Source: Chitinophaga pinensis
GTDB taxonomy: Bacteria; Bacteroidota; Bacteroidia; UKL13-3
Length of the DNA stretch: 64,000 nucleotides
Direction: 5' to 3'
Assembly (NCBI GenBank): GCA_945860865.1
Contig: CAMARW010000003.1
Span: 59,177-123,176 of the forward strand
Position numbers and translations under genes: made by a program. Shown here in pieces: positions 61,889-64,000 of this stretch (positions are counted from its first letter, which is position 1; each line of letters begins with the position of its first letter). The notes under the pieces were generated by a model. It was not told the origin of the DNA. It saw only the letters and a list, made by a program, of their open reading frames with translations, and did no database searches.

Positions 61889-62920
61889 ATGAAGAAGCAA
61901 ATTCAATTCTTTTTTTTACTAATTAATTTTATCTTTTTATTTCCCTTCAATGCATTGTCGCAATACCCGCCACAAGCCGGTGAAGTTGGAAGTACAGCCA
62001 TTCATAGAGATAGTTCAATCATAAAAACTTTTGCTAATTATTATGCTGGTGGGCAACGAAAAATATTGCAAAGAGGTTGGCTAGATATAAGCGATACCAG
62101 CCTAGGAAAGGCAAGTGTAGGAAATATAGATAGCCTTGCTATCACGCCAGATTTATACCTACTAAGTTTGGGCGATGCAGGCAGTGTTACTTTTGAATTG
62201 CCCATTGCCATTGAAAATGGTGCCGGACCAGATTTTGTTATTTTTGAGAATGGTTTTCCCTTCAGCAAGGATTCGTTTTTCTTGGAATTAGCTTTTATAG
62301 AAGTGAGTGAAGATGGTATAAACTACCACCGGTTTCCTGCTTATTCTGAAACAGATACTAGCCAACAAATTGGGCCTTTTGGCAGTATTAAGGCAAATAA
62401 AGTTCATAATTTGGCAGGTAAATACATTGCGCCATTTGGTGTTCCTTTTGATTTAAATGATTTGGGAAACGTTTTAGGGTCAAGTCCAAATATTAAATTT
62501 ATAAAAATAATTGACGTGGTGGGTAGTATAAATCCTGCTTTTGCAAGCAGAGATGCCTTAGGCAGAATGATAAACGATCCTTGGCCAACGCCATTTCCAA
62601 GCGGTGGTTTCGATTTAAGCGGCATTGGATTTATAAACGGAAAAGCCTTGGGTGAAACTCAATTAAAATCAACTTTAAGTTTAGCCATGTATCCAAATCC
62701 AATTGGAGTAAATGAAGTATTGCAAATTTTTAGCAATGAGCGCTTAGATCAAATTATAATTAAAGACCTAAACGGCAAGCAAACTTTTAAACAAGTTGGC
62801 CTGAACCAAATGGAAATAGAATTAAATCTCAACGAAATAAATTTAGGAGTGGGAATTTGTTTTGTGCAAATTATTTCGCAAACAGGTAAGGTTATTACCC
62901 AAAAACTTATTCTAAACTAA
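61889..62920 (+). CDS. T9SS-secreted cell-surface protein of unknown function
   Basis: Signal peptide; SLGDAG, GPDFVIFENGF, ELAFIEVSEDG, NLAGKY, GVPFDL, INDPWPTPFPSGGFDL; MYPNP CTD. Confidence 0.8.
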   Translation: MKKQIQFFFLLINFIFLFPFNALSQYPPQAGEVGSTAIHRDSSIIKTFANYYAGGQRKILQRGWLDISDTSLGKASVGNIDSLAITPDLYLLSLGDAGSVTFELPIAIENGAGPDFVIFENGFPFSKDSFFLELAFIEVSEDGINYHRFPAYSETDTSQQIGPFGSIKANKVHNLAGKYIAPFGVPFDLNDLGNVLGSSPNIKFIKIIDVVGSINPAFASRDALGRMINDPWPTPFPSGGFDLSGIGFINGKALGETQLKSTLSLAMYPNPIGVNEVLQIFSNERLDQIIIKDLNGKQTFKQVGLNQMEIELNLNEINLGVGICFVQIISQTGKVITQKLILN

Positions 62921-62963
62921 ACTTTATAATAATGACTTAAGCCCGCTATTTACGTGGTTTATT

Positions 62964-62991
62964 TTAACTCATAATTAATATTATGTTAAAT
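62964..62991 (+). other. dif: XerC/XerD dif site
   Basis: TTAACTCATAA-TTAATA-TTATGTTAAAT versus E. coli GGTGCGCATAA-TGTATA-TTATGTTAAAT: XerD arm 11/11, inner CATAA conserved, 6-bp spacer, intergenic. Confidence 0.85.
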
Positions 62992-63000
62992 AGAGTTGAG

Positions 63001-63042
63001 GAAAACTAAAATCGAAATTCTAAATTCTAACTCCGAAATCAC
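63001..63042 (+). repeat. Degenerate 7-bp-period array
   Basis: GAAAACT AAAATCG AAATTCT AAATTCT AACTCCG AAATCAC. Confidence 0.5.
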
Positions 63043-63073
63043 TGCTGTCCGGGGAAATTCAACTTCATACTTT

Positions 63074-63111
63074 GAGATTCTTCGCTCCACTGCGTTGCGC
63101 TTAGAATGACA
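63074..63111. repeat. REP-like GC-rich hairpin repeat (GTCATTCT...GCGAAGAATCTC type)
   Basis: Minus strand TGTCATTCTAAGCGCAACGCAGTGGAGCGAAGAATCTC; GC-rich hairpin in AT-rich context, resembling recalled dispersed repeats of Bacteroidota. Confidence 0.6.
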
Positions 63112-63183
63112 ATATTTTATAATTAATTGGCAGATGCGTTTAATCGTTTAACTGTATAATGTAAATAACAAAACCAAGGTATC

Positions 63184-63217
63184 AAAAAAAAATCCCCGGC
63201 AGATTTGCCGAGGATTT
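63184..63217 (-). terminator. Intrinsic terminator of the TPR gene
   Basis: Minus strand AAATCCTCGGCA-aatc-TGCCGGGGATTT followed by a U-tract. Confidence 0.85.
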
Positions 63218-63256
63218 AGATAGTTTAAATAATAAAGATAAACCTTATGGTATTCC

Positions 63257-64000
63257 CTATTCAAGAGATTCGCGTCTTTTTTTGGTATCCATGGTTTTCT
63301 TTTCATCGCCTAAGTTGGCATAAACCTGTTGTATACTGTATAAAATATCTCTCATGTATCCAAACTTTTCCTTTTTCTTTTCAGGCGTGTCTTCACTTTT
63401 TTGCTCGGCTAATGCCAATGCCTGATTAAAGTAATTTAGCGCTACGGTTAAAATTTCATCTTTTTGTTTTTTCAATGGATTGTATATTTTATCGTAAGCT
63501 GCGCCCTGCAAAGAACTTGGAATGGCATTCATTTTCTCAACTATAACTGTAGTTTTATTATTGGTTAGTGCACCTAAGTTATAGAATGCATCAATATACT
63601 CTGGATTAAACTCAACAACCTTTTTATAATCTTCCTCTGCTTTTATAGCATACTCATTAGCCCTTAAACCTAAGCCATCATATTCTTTCTGTAAACTTGC
63701 TGCATTATTTACAAAGCTTAACTTTTTAGCTGGAACCTTTTCTGTTTGCGCTTTTTTCTTAGCGTTGTTAATTTGCTCTTTTAAAATTCTGCGTTTTTTA
63801 TTTAAATCATTTGCGTAATTATCGTAAACACTACCTCTTACAAACAATAACGTGGCGTCATCTGAATTAATTTCTATGGCTGCATTTAATTTTTCTAACA
63901 AAACATCCTGCTTACCCATACTCATATAAATATTTAACTCTTGGTTAATTAAATCTTTCTGGCTAGGAAACTTGGCTCTACCCTGCTCAATAAATTGTAT
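63257..64000 (-). CDS. Tetratricopeptide repeat protein, 5' end outside window
   Basis: Frame open to the window edge (IQFIEQGRAKFPSQKDLINQELNIYMS...); TPR motifs AEEDYKKVVEFNPEYIDAFYNLGAL, ALNYFNQAL. Confidence 0.82.
   Translation of the reverse strand: MQFIEQGRAKFPSQKDLINQELNIYMSMGKQDVLLEKLNAAIEINSDDATLLFVRGSVYDNYANDLNKKRRILKEQINNAKKKAQTEKVPAKKLSFVNNAASLQKEYDGLGLRANEYAIKAEEDYKKVVEFNPEYIDAFYNLGALTNNKTTVIVEKMNAIPSSLQGAAYDKIYNPLKKQKDEILTVALNYFNQALALAEQKSEDTPEKKKEKFGYMRDILYSIQQVYANLGDEKKTMDTKKRRESLE

Noticed and set aside
1012-63429. Numerous short antisense or overlapping ORFs in the track (e.g. 1488-1937, 3836-4267, 16894-17310, 59875-60408)
   Set aside because: They shadow well-supported genes on the opposite strand or frame and carry no recognisable motifs.
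1-64000. Prophage, IS, defence island, tRNA or rRNA
   Set aside because: No integrase, transposase, phage structural, nuclease-defence or structured RNA gene signatures were recognised by eye.

Overview
A 64 kb AT-rich, gene-dense chromosomal window from a Bacteroidota bacterium. The lineage call rests on T9SS C-terminal sorting domains, TAnnTTTG -7 promoter elements and Bacteroidota-type argS, parE and tamB. It holds about 55 mostly housekeeping CDS: trxB, purC, tsaD/tamB, argS, ribF, the sufBCDSET operon, cbs, pepT, recQ, parE, fdhD, gyrA and several T9SS cargo proteins. I saw no rRNA, tRNA, CRISPR array, integrase or transposase. The unexplained signal is in the non-coding DNA. (1) A convincing 28-bp XerCD dif site at 62964-62991, with five GGGNAGGG (KOPS-like) octamers pointing toward it. 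(2) Three palindromic heptamer elements, (AATTACG)n-spacer-(AATTCGT)n, each starting at a stop codon; two bracket pepT and one supplies its C-terminus. Two further degenerate 7-periodic arrays are present. (3) DnaA-box-containing inverted repeats upstream of both parE and gyrA. (4) A Fur-like operator upstream of sufB. (5) A long hairpin abutting the PIN-PhoH start codon. All calls come from reading the sequence by eye; no database searches were run.
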